This document shows positions 18,498 to 45,260 of a DNA stretch of 64,000 bases, in pieces. The stretch's first letter is position 1, and every line of letters begins with the position of its first letter. The translations under genes and the position numbers were made by a program. Below the pieces are notes generated by a model. That model was not told where the DNA came from and made no database searches. It saw only the letters and a list, made by a program, of their open reading frames with translations. Origin of the DNA: Salpingoeca rosetta (taxonomy: Eukaryota > Protista > Choanoflagellata); NCBI GenBank assembly GCA_033442325.1, contig JAWQFM010000020.1:969863-1033862 (forward strand). The letters run 5' to 3'.

Positions 18498-19386
18498 GGT
18501 GATGATGATGATGATAATGATGGCAGCAAGGCGGCATCGCACATTGTCACCAAACTTGAGGCCAGTGCAGCGTAAGTGCACGTGTGTGTGTGTGTGTGTG
18601 TGCATCTGCGTGTGTGTGCGCATGTGTGCGTCACGTCTCACGTATTGCTCCATCTTTGATGTATCACAGAACGGCATCGCACGGCGCAAATACTCTTTGC
18701 AGGTGCGAATGTGCGTGTGCTTGTGCTTGTGCTTGTGTGTGTGCGTGTGTGTGTGTGTGCATTCCTGTGTTTGGTTTGCGCTTCCCTGAACTTCAGCAGC
18801 TGCATCGCATTCACATCATTCTGTGTGTCTTCTTTTGTGTTATGATGTCGTGTCCTCCACAGCCCATTTTGGCGCCACGGCGTTACGGACCGAATCTCCG
18901 GTCGTCTTGGCAGATGCGTTGCCGGCACCTCCCCACTCCTCGCACACCTGGAGGTCAGGCAGTCATGTGTGCGCGCGTGTACATATGCGTGTGCACTTGT
19001 GCGCGTATGTTGTTGTGTGTTTGTGCGTGTGCCTCTTTGTGTGTTTCACACATCTCATGCATGTGCGCGGGCACAATGCTCCACTGTACTGCACTTCTCA
19101 TGCTTCCCTCTTCAGCTCTGTGTCCGCTGTGGATCAAGCGGCGTGTTCACAGACGGCAATGACAGCACCAATAGCGGCTACAACAGCAGCAACAACAACA
19201 GTCACAACAACAGTGCCGATGGTAATGCTACAAAGAGCACACCGTCACCTTCATCGTCCCTCGCGTTCGTGCACTGTCGCGTGTGCTGCCAGCCATACCA
19301 CCGCTTCTGCACCGGTGATTCCAGGTTTGTACTTTTGTGAAGTTGTGCGCATATCACACCCCGATCCAAGACACGCACAAACACAC

Positions 19387-19447
<61 letters not shown>

Positions 19448-21171
19448 CACGCACGCACACATTGGTTTACAGACGTTCATTTCACCCTCTCCTTCACCCA
19501 CCATGACATGCTGTCCGATATTCTTGGTGGTGGTTTGTTGTCACGTTGTACGCGTCATCGTCGTGCTGGTTTGTGTTTTGTGCTGGTTTGTGTTTTGTGC
19601 TGGTTTCCATCATTGCAACAGGTTGCAATCTGACGAGCGATGGCGAGACGCGGCGGAACAGTGGATGTGCATCGACTGCCAGACGTGCTGTGCGTGCGGA
19701 CAGGCGGAACCACGTTCCACTCTCCTCACCTGCGCCAAGTGCACGCGACACATCCACTCGCATTGTACGAAAACAACACAGCTGTACACGTTGTGCGCGC
19801 GCTTCTGTGTGTGTGTGTGTGTGTGCACGTGCGTGCGTGTATGTGTGTGTGAGCGTGGTTGTGTGCGCGAGTTTGCGTGAGTGCGTGGTTGTGTACCGGC
19901 CTTGCTGTTGTGCATCTCACACCCATCCACTCGTCCCTTCATTCCCTTCCCTCTTGCACAATGCAGGTGCTGGTGATGGCGTTCCCCAAGGACTCAAGCG
20001 AGACGACGTGTACATGTGCTCCGCGTGCGTCGTATGCACGAAATGCGGCTCAACCTCGGTATGCGTGTTTGTGTGCGTGCGTGTGTGCGTGTGTGTGTGT
20101 AATACGAATGCGTGTATGTGTGTGCACATTTTCGCTTGAAGTCTTCTCAACACACGCACACGCACACGCACACGCACATACACACATGCGCAACGTGTAC
20201 TCATGTTTCTCGTTCACGCGTGTGTCCATCGCACCGATCTGGCTTGCGTCGCATCAGCCTGGAGAATTCAAAGGCAGCACGTGGCACTGTCAGTTTGAGC
20301 TGTGCGAAGAGTGTCATGGACAGACGCTCAAGGGCAACATCTGCCCAATGTGCGACAAGCTGTACAGGTGAGAACGTTTTACCTGTGTGATGTGTGTGTG
20401 TGTGATGTGTGCAAGTGTATGTGTGTGTGTGTGTGTGTGCGTGCGCCCGTGCATGCACGAACGCTCTGGCCTGTTTGCCACCCCCCCCCCCGCCGATCAT
20501 CTTGATTTGGTTCGTTCCTGTGACCTCGTCAACTCCACGTCACATGGCAGCGATGACGACTTCGACACTCCAATGTTCTGCTGCGAAAAATGCGAACGGT
20601 GCGTGCTGTGTTTGCTTGCCTCGCGTGTTTTGGTTTGTTTTGATTACGTTGTTTTGATCACGTCGCTTCCTTTGCTGTTCGGTGTGTGTATGTCACGCAT
20701 ATTTGCACCGACGCCTTCTGTCCCCCCCCCTTCACAAGATATGCAATGACACGCCGTTGATTCTCCGCGTGCTCACGCATGTGCGCGTCACAGGTGGCTG
20801 CACGCGACGTGCGTTGACCCGGCGTTTAAGACCAACATGGAGCTCTATTACCTCATCTCCGGCGTGCAAACCATCGACTACCACTGCCAGGACTGCGTGT
20901 GCGTGCACACGGACTCATGCGTTTTGTTGTTCGTCTCATAGGCTTGCCGCTCTTGCTGTCGCTCGCGCGCGCGCGCGCGCGTGTGTGTGAATGCACATAC
21001 GCACATGTTATTCGTCGGGTGAAGGTTACATCACCAATGAACTGACTTGTTCTTCATGCTTGATTGTCTTGCGTCATGCAACAGGCGCCTGTCTAAAGGA
21101 GTGCTCCCCGATTTTGCGGCGCTCTGGAAGGTGCATGTTTGCACGTGTGTGTGTGTGCATGTGTGTGTGTG

Positions 21172-21213
<42 letters not shown>

Positions 21214-21216
21214 CGC

Positions 21217-21251
<35 letters not shown>

Positions 21252-22527
21252 CGTGCGTGTGTTTGGTTGAAAGTGGTACCGTGCTCTCCGGCATCAACAC
21301 ACACAAGCACAACCACCCACAGTCTCAATTCAACTCACACACACATGCACACACACACACGCACATACACACACACACACACACATGCACGCGTGCATAT
21401 GGCCGTGTTGGTTTTCAGGCGACACAAGCGGCGTTTCAGGAGAGACTCGTTGGGTTGGTGGAGGACATGAAGCAGCAGGAGGGGTACACTGCACTGGCAG
21501 CGGTCTCACCAGCACCGGTGCGCGATCACACCAGCGATGACACACGCACGCGCGCCAGCGATGACACACGCACGCGCCCCAGCACTGGTACTGACGAGGA
21601 CGGAAATGATGGGGAGGCTGAGGGCCACAACGGGAGCACGTTTGGATTGGAACAGTTTCTGGAAAGCGTAGAGCAAGGGCTTTATCGCCTTCCCTCCCGC
21701 TTTGCCGATGCATTTAAGGGACTGGTTGAAGGTTGCCTGCAAGCACACCTCGATACCATCATGGTGACCCGCTGGCAGGTGGACGCCGCAGTTGCCTTGT
21801 ACGTGGACATGTGCTGCATGCGCTTGTGCTGGTGCGTGCGTGTGTGCATGTGCGTGCATGTGTGTGTGTGTGTGTTTGTGCATGTGCGTGCGTGCGTGTG
21901 TGTGTGATGGGTGCGTGCATGTGCGTGCATGTGCGTGTGTGTGTGTGTGTGTTTGTGCATGTGCGTGCGTGCGTGTGTGATGGGTGCGTGTGTGCGTGTG
22001 TGTGTGTTTGTGCGTGCGTCGCAACTGCTTTGCATTTGTACCTCAATCACCAAATCATGCATCTTCACCTCACCCCACCTCCTCCTCCTCACCACCACCG
22101 CCACTTCTGTCTCGCCCGCAGGAAGAAGAGCATCACGCACCTGGAGAATGCAGCAAAACTGTTTGACTGGTGCATGGACCAACTGCAGAAACGCACCAGT
22201 GTCGCCGAGTTCAAGGCTCCACCTCTGGCAATGACGTACGCCGACATCAAGAGTGTGCTGTCTCCCAAGCTGTTGTTATTCGATGGCACATGGTGCCCGG
22301 CCACGCTTGATGAGTGCGTCCAATACGTTCAGGACGAAAAGGCCAAGAAAGAGGCAAAGCGACAAGCCGCACGAGGTGTGTTGACATGTGATTGTTCTTG
22401 TTGCTGTGTGTTTTTATCGTGTGATTTGCTCGCTCACGTGTGCGTATGTCTGTGTTTGTGCATGTGTGTGCGTATGTTTGTGTTTGTTTTATGCGTACAT
22501 TTGTGTTTGTTTTATGCGTTCGTTTTT

Positions 22528-22562
<35 letters not shown>

Positions 22563-24245
22563 CTCATGTTTTTGTCACTGTTGGTTTGCATGCTTCAATC
22601 ACCGCCAACTTGCTGCTCACCATGCGTCCACCGCGACTGCCAGAGAAAACAAAAGCAAGGAGGGCCAACCTGAAGGACAATACCCCGAAGAAGCAGAGCA
22701 AGAGCAAGAACAAGAGGAGTAGAGGCAAGACGAGGCGAGCGCGGGCGAGCAACGCACAGGCACCACCAGCAGAGCCAACAACAGACGCAGCCTCAACAAC
22801 TGCAGAGGAACAGGCAACGGCGTCAACAACAACCGCAACAGAAGCAGCAGCAGATACAGCCGATGCAGCAACAGCAACAGCCGATGCAGCAACAGCAACA
22901 GCAGATGCAGCAGCAACAACAGCGGATGCAGCAACCGCAACAGTATCAGGGGCAGCAGATGCAACAACAACAACAACAATATTAGGAGCAGCAGATGCAG
23001 CAGCAGCAACAGCGGTGTCTTCTTCGATCGCGTCATCGGCCGTCACGACACCGTCGACGTCAGCACAGCCATCGCAGGGGTCGCACGTGGTGAGTAGTGC
23101 ATCGCAGCAGAGCGAGGAGCTGCATGGCAGCCAGTCATCAGCAACAGACAATGATGGTGGTGATGGTGGTGATGGTGGTGATGGTGGTGATGGTGGTGAT
23201 GGTGGTGGTACAACTGGTGGGCCAGGCACAGACCATGCGCAGCAGCAGCAAGAGTTGCAGGACGGTGAGCTGGTTGCAAAGCGAGCAAAGCTGCAGGACG
23301 TGAAGCAAGAGCAAGCGACCGCGACCGCGGAGGTAGCAGTACTGGCAGGCGAGAACACAAATGGAAGTGCGCAAGACGAAGCAGTGCAACATGAACCACC
23401 CGCTGAAGCAAACGAGCAACAGGGACACATGTACAGCTGCCTGGACATGTCAACCCCGGCAAATGATGATGGCGTGACTGTGCGGCTGTTCCAACAAGGA
23501 GAAGGCGGCGACTGCGGTGATGAAGATGACATGAAGGAGTTGGTTGGGCGCTTGTCTGAGGACACGCGCATGTGCTGTCTCTGTCACCAGCACGGCGATT
23601 TGGATCCGAAAGACGGTGGCAGGCTCCTCCCACTGGAGGTGCTGTCCTGTTGGTTGTAGTTGCGTTGTTTTGTGGTGGTGTGAATGCGTGTTCGTGTTTT
23701 GGTTTTGTTTCGTTTTTGCACTTGTGTGATGTGTTGTGGTTTTGTGGTTTTGTGTGTGTTTGTTTGTGGTTGTGGTTGTGTTTATTTGTGTGAACGTGTT
23801 TGCGTTAGCGTGTGTGTGTTGTGGTTGTGATTATTTGTGTTGACGTGTGCGTTTGTTTGTGTTTGTGGTTGTGTTTACTTGTGTTCACACGTGTGTGTGT
23901 GTGCCATGCACCGACACACTACCACCGCCGCCAAGTGTACCCTTTGTCTGACTCCTCTCACACTCGCGTCTCCCTTCTTGCATGTGTTGTGCACGTCAGG
24001 TCGATGGATGGGTGCATGTCAACTGTGCCCTGTGGAGCAGTGAGGTGTTCGAAGACACAGACGGCACGCTGCAGCTGCTTGATTCCGCCATTCGTCGCGG
24101 AAAACGCATGCGGTGCACGACGTGTGACCACACCGGCGCCACCATCGGCTGCTGCTCCTCTTCGTAAGCGGTTTATGTGTTTGTGTCTTTGTTGTGAGGA
24201 AATGTGTGTGGGTGTATGTGTATGTGTGTTGTGTGTGTGTTGTTT

Positions 24246-24282
<37 letters not shown>

Positions 24283-24628
24283 TTGTGCGTTGTTTGTGCG
24301 TGTGTGTGTTGTTTGTGTGTGTATGCGGTCCATGCATGTGGGTTTGTTTGTGTGCATGCCACACATGCACGCGCTCGCCAGTGTGCACCAGTTGAGATAT
24401 CATTGGCACAAACGCAATTCGGCTCATGGCTCGTCGTCTCGCTCCCTGCAGATGTAAAGGCAACTTCCACTTTGGGTGTGGGCTTGACAGTAACACGCTC
24501 TTCCTGAGCAAGGAGGTGTTCTGCAAGACACACGCGCAGCGCCTTCCCGGCCACAAGACTGACATGGTTCGTCGTGCGTGTTACATGTTGCATGTGTACA
24601 TGTGTGCATGTGTGCGCGCACGTGTGTT

Positions 24629-24672
<44 letters not shown>

Positions 24673-26871
24673 CACCCGATTTAGCCCGAGTGCGCATTGC
24701 GAACGGTACACGCTGCTCCCATGTGTGATCCCATCACACGCACACACACCTTGCCTTGTATTCATCCCCTGTATGTGTGTGCACGTGTGTGGCATGTCTT
24801 TGTTGTTGTGTCAGGGTCAATTTGAGGTGCAACGCAGCGTAATTGCACCCCCAATGCACACGAGCGTGGAGGATGTCCTTGAATGCCTCAAGCGACCAAA
24901 CCCCGCAGACAGAAAACTCAACGGTGAGGGACTGCTCAGTTGTTGGTTTGTTGGTTGGTTTAATGTAACACGGTGTCGCTCGTTGTGTGCTACGCCGTGC
25001 ACACTGACTTCCCTTGTATTTCTGCGCACCCTGACATGAGTGTTGTTGCTCTTCTCATTCACGCAAACACACACAACTTATATTTCCCGTGCACGCCTTG
25101 TACCACCACCAACCACCACCAACCACCACTGCCTTCAGCACTGTCGTCTGTGGGTGCGCGCACACTTGACTTTCAGATTGATGACCTGCTGGTGCGCTGC
25201 GGTGGACTTGCCGTGATTTGTTTGGGCGCGATCAAGCACACGTCCCCAGCCATGCACACCCGTACCCGCATCTACCCGGATGGGTTTGCGAGCGTGCGCA
25301 CCTTCTTTGACCTCCACGACCCTTCAACGACAGCCGTGTACCTGTGCCGCATCTGCACAACGCCAGCACAGCAGCAGTCGCAACACCAACGTAAGTCACA
25401 GCACGACGGGAGCCAAGGCAACCAGAACCACGCGAGCTGTGGTGATGACCACACGGTGCCTTCGTCACAATTGTCGGCGTGCGCTTCCTCACAAACGAAG
25501 AGCGAGAGTGTTCCTCGCTTTCAAGTCATCTACCTTCCACCCCGTCCTTCCCGCGACACAGCAGCCACATCCACATCAGACGCACCAACAACCACATCCA
25601 CATCAGACGCACCAACAACCACATCCACAACTAAAACCACAGCAGCAGGGACATCAACGGCGACCAACACCGCTCAGCGTCGTGCTGTTGTGTTTGAGGG
25701 CCCGACACCGGAAGCAGTGTGGTCGCGTGTGATTGCGACGCTCCGCACAAACGGGTGGGACAAGCACGACGTCGCAAGGCCGCCAGCGGGCGTTCACCTG
25801 TTTGGCCTGGACGTCCCATATGTGGTGCGGTTGATTGAAGCACTCCCCAATGCCGCTCGCTGCGAGAAGTACGAGTTTGTGTTTGCGCGGCCGCCACCGC
25901 CGGCTGACGAGGCGAACACGGGGCGCGTGAACGCAAACGGGTGTGCGCGGTGTGAGCCGCTGTCGGTGTTGCGGAAGAAACGACAACGGCGGCGTCCGCA
26001 CGCCACGCTCGCTGCTGCAAACGCGGGCACCAGCACCACTGGCACCACTCAGGCGCCATCGTCGCTCGCAATTGCTGGTGGTGGGGACAGCAGCAGCAGT
26101 GGTGGTGCGAGTTCTGGTGGCGGCAGCGCTAGTGGTGGTGATGGAGCAACGAACGGCAGCGGGAACGGCCGTCGCGCTGCCCCCGCAAGTGCGATGGGTC
26201 ACATGCAGAGCCACCTCTCGGACGCCATGCAGTACCGGCAGTGCAAAGAGCGCATGCGGGAGACGGTGCGCGTCGGCTACTCGAAGATCCACGGGTTTGG
26301 GCTGTATGCCCAGCGCGACATTAGCGGCGGCGAGATGATCGTGGAGTATGTTGGGGAGGTGATACGGCCAGAGCTCACGGACAAGCGGGAGCAGTTCTAT
26401 GACGCACGCAACATGGGCAGTTACATGTTCCGCATTGACGACAAGCAGGTGGTGGACGCAACGCTGACGGGTGGGCAGGCGCGGTTTGTGAACCACAGCT
26501 GCGACCCCAACTGCATCTCACGCATCATCTCCACGGATCGCGGCAAGAAGATTGTCATTGTGGCCAAGCAGCACATTTGCAAGGGTGACGAGCTCACATA
26601 CGACTACCAGGTGCGCGCGCGCGCGTGTGTGTGTGTGTGGGGGGGGGGCGTGTGTGTGCTTTGTGCTCAATGCTTGTATGGTCGTGTGTTTGTGTTTGGT
26701 GTTTTTCTGGCTATGTCGCTCTGTGCTGTGCGTGCGACTCACACTTGGTGCTGGTGTGTGTGCGTGCGTGCGTGCGTGCGTGTGTGTATTGCGTTGCAGT
26801 TCCCGCTGGACGACGACAACAAAGTTCGCTGCTCGTGTGGCGCTGCCAACTGCCGCGGATTCATGAACTGA
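16009..26871 (+). CDS. Trithorax/MLL1-type (KMT2A/B-like) histone H3K4 methyltransferase: basic N-terminus, RAMA-like domain, PHD1-3, bromo-like region, extended PHD, FYRN, FYRC, WIN motif, SET, post-SET
   Basis: Spliced motifs [24 protein letters not shown]; [14 protein letters not shown]...FELCEEC...[34 protein letters not shown]; DTRMCCLC...[24 protein letters not shown]; [12 protein letters not shown]; [17 protein letters not shown]; GCARCE; [28 protein letters not shown]|[16 protein letters not shown]. Confidence 0.93.
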
Positions 26872-26885
26872 CGCGCAACGCAGTT

Positions 26886-26933
<48 letters not shown>

Positions 26934-27247
26934 TGCCTATGGAAACGATGGCTTTTCGCAGCAGTGTGTGTGTGGCACCGTCTTTCTGTTCCTGCTTTGC
27001 CTGTCTCCCATGACTATGAGTTGCTGTGGGTTGATGAACGTTGCTAAGTGTGTATGGCGACGGATGCTCGCCGAGCACAAGCTTCGTGCGTGTTACATTC
27101 AATAAACGGCTATTTGAGTACGTGCGCACGTCTACGAAGGAGGGGGTGGAATTATGTGTTTGCATGTCTGGCTCTGTGTGTTTGTGTTACAGAAACTATG
27201 TGCAGAACCACGTGCTTGCGTGTCGATGTTTGTTTGTGGTTGAGTGT

Positions 27248-28063
27248 TTAAGCGGTTGCCACCCTTGCGCGCTTGCTCTCCTTCTGTAACACAGACATGC
27301 ACGCGTGACAGCGCGGTGTAGGTGTGTGTATGTGTGTGTATGTGAGAGTGTGTGTGATTGGCAGGAAGACATCGCTTGTGTAGCACGTGTTACACGTGGT
27401 GCATGTGTGTGTATGTATGTGTGTCAATGTAATGTGCTGAAGCTTCATTACCACTGCGGGGGTCAGGCTGTCATATCTGCAGCGTGTGTGTACATGGCAT
27501 GCGACCAACGCACCTCAAGCGAGGTGAGGTACTGCACGCGGTGCTGGTTGTCGTCTGCGGGCCGGTTGATGGGCGTCCATTTTGGCTCATCCTTGAACAG
27601 CCGCTTCGCCTGGCATCACATGTGTACATGCGCACGAAGTTGTGCGCGTGTGAGCGGGTGCGGGTCAGTGGGTTATTGTGTGTGTGTGTGTGCTTGCAGT
27701 GTATCAAGGCATGCAATCATGTATGTAAATGTGTGAACGCCTGCTTGCTCAACTTGGACAGCTCCAAGCCATTGGTCATGCACCTGAATGAAGTTCTTCT
27801 CGTCAAGAGTGAAGCGGTGGTAGATGCCGGCAGGCTGTGAAATGCAACATGTGGCGTGATGACAGGTGTTGTAATGCAAGCAGGGCAACGGCACAGCAGT
27901 GAGACAGAGCACGTTAGCGGTTCGAGTTGAGGGACTGCAAACATCAAGCAGCTGCACTGGTGGCCATGCCGCAGACAAACACACACAGGCACACACACAG
28001 GTACACAGGCAGAAATACACATGGGCAGACATAAACACACAGACAGACAGACAGACACACAGA

Positions 28064-28094
<31 letters not shown>

Positions 28095-29154
28095 TCGATG
28101 CGCACCAGCACGAGAAGGTCTCCGGCCGTGACCTCAATACGAATCCACTTGTCGTCGCGGTCGCGAACGTCAAAATATCCGCTGCCATCAACAATGTACC
28201 GGATCTCCTCATCCTCGTGAAGGTGTCTGAATCGCACACACACACGCACGAATACGCGCGTGTTTGGACACAAATAAGAGTTGGCGCGGGCTGGTGAGAG
28301 GAAAAAAAGATGTTGAACGTGTACGTGCAGAGCACTTGTTGAGGAGCGTCTGCCTCACACGTACGATGATCCCAGCACAACACCACTTTGCCACAGCACA
28401 TGCAACATGACGATAGGTGCGCTCACTCTTGGAAAAAGGACTTGATCTTCTCCTCATAGTTGGGCAGCTTCTCCTTGGAGCAGGTGATCTAGTGGTCAAG
28501 GAAGCAACGCACACAGGGTGCTGTGAGCAGGAAGTGGATGACAGCCAAGGTAATTAGAACAAAGCTGGCCGTATGCAGGCAAGGGTGTGCAGTCAATGTG
28601 TTTCTTGTGCTGTTCACCTTTGAAACGTACCACGTCTTGGTTGGCATAGTTGCGCTCCTTGCACACCTTGGCCAGTTCATCCTGCAGTGTATGTGTGTGT
28701 GCATGTGTGAGGCGAATCCGTGTGCACGGCGTGCTGTGGCATGCAATGCAGCTGCTGCTGGCGGTGCAAGATGTGCTCAGCAGACTATCCTTTACTTGCA
28801 CACACACACATATGTACCTCGTGCTTCTCCACTGGGATGTTCCAGTAGAGCACGCCAAGGTCCTTCAAGTCTTCCACCGACACCTGTTCCATGAAGTTGA
28901 ACATGAAGGGGAGTGTGTTCATGAGAAAGAACCAAGGGAGGCAAGGTGCGCGCACACGCACACACAAGTACACAAGTACACGAGTACAAACACACACAAG
29001 TACACAAGTGCACACGAGTACACACACGCGCACACACAAGTACACAAGTACACACGAGTACAAACACATACACACACACCTCCTTGACCGGGTCGGTCTT
29101 GTGTGGGAGGCGCTGGTCAGTGTCAGCATCGTCCATGTACCACGCAGCCACCAT
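27248..29154 (-). CDS. ADI1: Acireductone dioxygenase (methionine salvage)
   Basis: [32 protein letters not shown]|[49 protein letters not shown]; probable last exon [11 protein letters not shown]. Confidence 0.93.
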
Positions 29155-29416
29155 CTTCACTGTTGTCTTTGTTTCTTCGGTCTCAGTTGGGAAAATTATT
29201 GAATGATTTCATCAAATTGACTGCGTTGGTCCTGCCTGCAACCGTCGCTCACTCATCGCCGCTGCTCTCTTGCTCTGCGCCTCTGCTCCGCTTTCTTGCT
29301 TGTTGCTTGCTTCATCGAGCCATCCATCCCGTGTATCCACCCATCCACACGATCCACCCCTCCACACGATCCATCCATCCACACGATCCATCCATCCACA
29401 CGATCCATCGGCAGCC
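29155..29416. promoter_or_regulatory. Putative bidirectional promoter/5'UTRs between ADI1 and the HSK-TS gene, containing a tandem (ATCC)/CCACACGATCCA repeat
   Basis: Divergent ATGs ~262 bp apart; four CCACACGATCCA units at ~29345-29407. Confidence 0.5.
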
Positions 29417-37579
<8,163 letters not shown>

Positions 37580-37888
37580 TGTTGGCTGTGTCCAACTGTG
37601 CTTGGCTTTGTTGCCGTGCGTGATGCGACTTTGATTCATCGCATGCAGTTCACAGCATCACTGTTACTCTCCTGTGTGCGTGTGCGTGTGCGTGTGTGTG
37701 TGTGCGTGTGCGTGTGCGCATGTGCGTGTGTATGCATGTGTATGCATGTGTGTGTGTGCGTTGTGCAACAACAACAACCAACAACAACAACAACTGCAAC
37801 AACTACAACAACAACAACAAAAAAAAAAACACATTCATTTTGGAGAAAACATGAAAGATTTCCATTCATATTCTGCAAACAAACAACG

Positions 37889-42650
<4,762 letters not shown>

Positions 42651-43031
42651 TGGAGGTGGTGGTGATGATGTGGCAGTGATGCTGAAGGTGGTGATTGTGT
42701 GGCTGTGGTGGGATGCATGATTGTGGAGCCTTTTGCTGTGGTATTGCATGTGATATTGCGTGTGTATGCGCCTCTGGTGTCCGTTGTTCCTGTTGCGCGT
42801 GTTCGTTATCATGCTTTATTGCATCGGCCACCACGCGAGCGTGGGTGCAGTTGCGAAGGAATTCATCTCGAAAGAGTCAAAACAAACCGGGGTGACATGA
42901 TTGCATCAAAGGAAAGAATGAAGGAAAGCACAACAGCATCCGGCAGACACAATGGCACATTCATCAATAGTTGAGGTCCACATAATTCGCAAACTCACGC
43001 ACTCACACCTTAACCCCCCCCTGTCACCTTT

Positions 43032-43115
<84 letters not shown>

Positions 43116-43153
43116 ACACACATCAAGGGTGTGTTTGTACAGGGTGCTGCTTA

Positions 43154-43426
43154 CTACTCCTCGTTGACATAGGGGAGGTGGATCTGGTGCCCATATGGAC
43201 CGCCAACACCGCGGCCATCGGCGGCGCGCGCACTCGGCTGCTCCAGCTCGCGACGGAAGTACTCAATCGTCTTCTTCAGTCCATCAACCACCTTCACCTT
43301 CGGCTCCCACCTGTCGAGCGAATCAGGGAGTGTTGATTGTTGGTAAGGGTGAGCGGGGAAATATGCGATGAAATGTGTGTGTGTATGTATGTGTGTGTGT
43401 GTGTGTGTGTGGTTGTGTGTGTGCGC

Positions 43427-43457
<31 letters not shown>

Positions 43458-43906
43458 TGTGTGGTTGTGTTTGTGTGCGTGTGTGTGTGAATGAAACAGC
43501 AAGGCCTGTCGACACACAGAGTCATTTCACCATGAGCATCGTCAACACCAAAACCATCATCAACGCAATCACGGCAACAACAAACACATAGTCGCGACGA
43601 CAGAGTCGTACCCAAGGTGCTGCTTGGCGCGGGTGATGTCTGGGCGGCGGCGCTGTGGGTCGTCCTGGGTGGCGGGCTTGTGCGTGATCTCAACTTTCGG
43701 GTCGCCGACAAGCTCCCGGATCGACTTGGCAAAGTCAACCATCGTGTACTGGAGATGGTGGTTGGGGGGGGGGGATGAGGTGGTGGAGATGGAGGTGGAC
43801 GGAAGTCACATGTTCAAAAACAACACCGGCGGATACACGCAAAGTCACACACAGGCGCACACAGACACAGACACAGACACATACACAAACACAGACAGAC
43901 AGACAG

Positions 43907-43942
<36 letters not shown>

Positions 43943-44227
43943 ACACACAGACACATAGACACACAGACCCACATACACAGGCACAGACACAGATCTCCCC
44001 CCCCCCACACACAGACACAGACACAATGACCCACCTCCTCTGGGTTGCCGATGTTGACGGGGTCCGAAAAGTCGCTGTTCATGAGCGCCATGAGCCCGTC
44101 GACAAGATCACTCACATACTGGAACGACCTGCAGCGGCGGCCATGGTGGCGGGGGACAATTCATGGATGATGTGTCAGGGGGCGATGGAGAAGGGACGAA
44201 TGTACAATACAGCGTGAAATGTGTATG

Positions 44228-44285
<58 letters not shown>

Positions 44286-44707
44286 AGCACAGCGGTGCAC
44301 ACCTCGTCTGCTTTCCCTCGCCGTAGACGGTCATGGGCTGGCCCTGCAATGCCTGGATGATGAAGTTGCTCACAACTCGCCCGTCACCAATGTGCATGCG
44401 TGGTCCAAACGTGTTGAAGATGCGAGCAACGCGCACCTCGACCCCGCTCTGCTTCTGGTACGCATAGCACATGGTCTCTGCAATGCGCTTGCCCTCGTCG
44501 TAACATGCGCGCGGACCGTCTGGGTTGACGTTGCCAAAATATGTCTCCGGCTGAGGGTGAACCTGATGGGGGGAATGTGATGTGATGCGATGTAGGTGGT
44601 GGTGAGGCGATTGCAGGTGGTGGTGATGTGATGGCAGGTGGTAGCGCACTTACACCGATGCATGTATGCACACATGCATACACGCCCAAACACACACACA
44701 CACACGC

Positions 44708-44794
<87 letters not shown>

Positions 44795-45170
44795 GCACGT
44801 CGATTGTTCGTTCTCACCGTTGGGTTCCCGTAGACCTCCGATGTGGACGCGAGCAAGAGACGCGCACCCACGCGCTTAGCCAGGCCAAGCATGTTGATGG
44901 TGCCGAGGGTGTTGGTCTTGATGGTCTTGATCGGGTTGTACATGTAGTGGGGCGGGCTGGCTGGCGATGCGAGGTGGTAGATTTCGTCAACCTCAATCAT
45001 GAACGGCTCAACAACATCGTGGTTGATCAGCTCAAAGTTCGGGTGCCTGATCCTAATGGTGGCGGTGTTGGCGGTGGTGGTGATGGTGATGGAGAGGAAG
45101 CGGGGGAAGGGGGCACAGTGGTGGCGTGAGGGTTTGAGCGTGCACGGTGAGGGGCGGGGGGAGACGTGTG

Positions 45171-45260
<90 letters not shown>

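Noticed and set aside
21528-21990. Short tandem duplications (SDDTRTR x2; ~70-bp intronic duplication) and similar repeats at 25567-25630 and 47115-47160
   Set aside because: Local slippage repeats without unique spacers or terminal repeats; not CRISPR or mobile elements.
25380-25450. QHDGSQG as a possible Taspase1 cleavage site
   Set aside because: It lacks the hydrophobic P2 residue and the downstream acidic residues of the consensus.
26611-26799. Stop-free, in-frame 189-nt segment inside the SET/post-SET ORF
   Set aside because: It has canonical GT-AG ends and GT-repeat content, and splicing restores YDYQFP; an ordinary intron that is open by chance.
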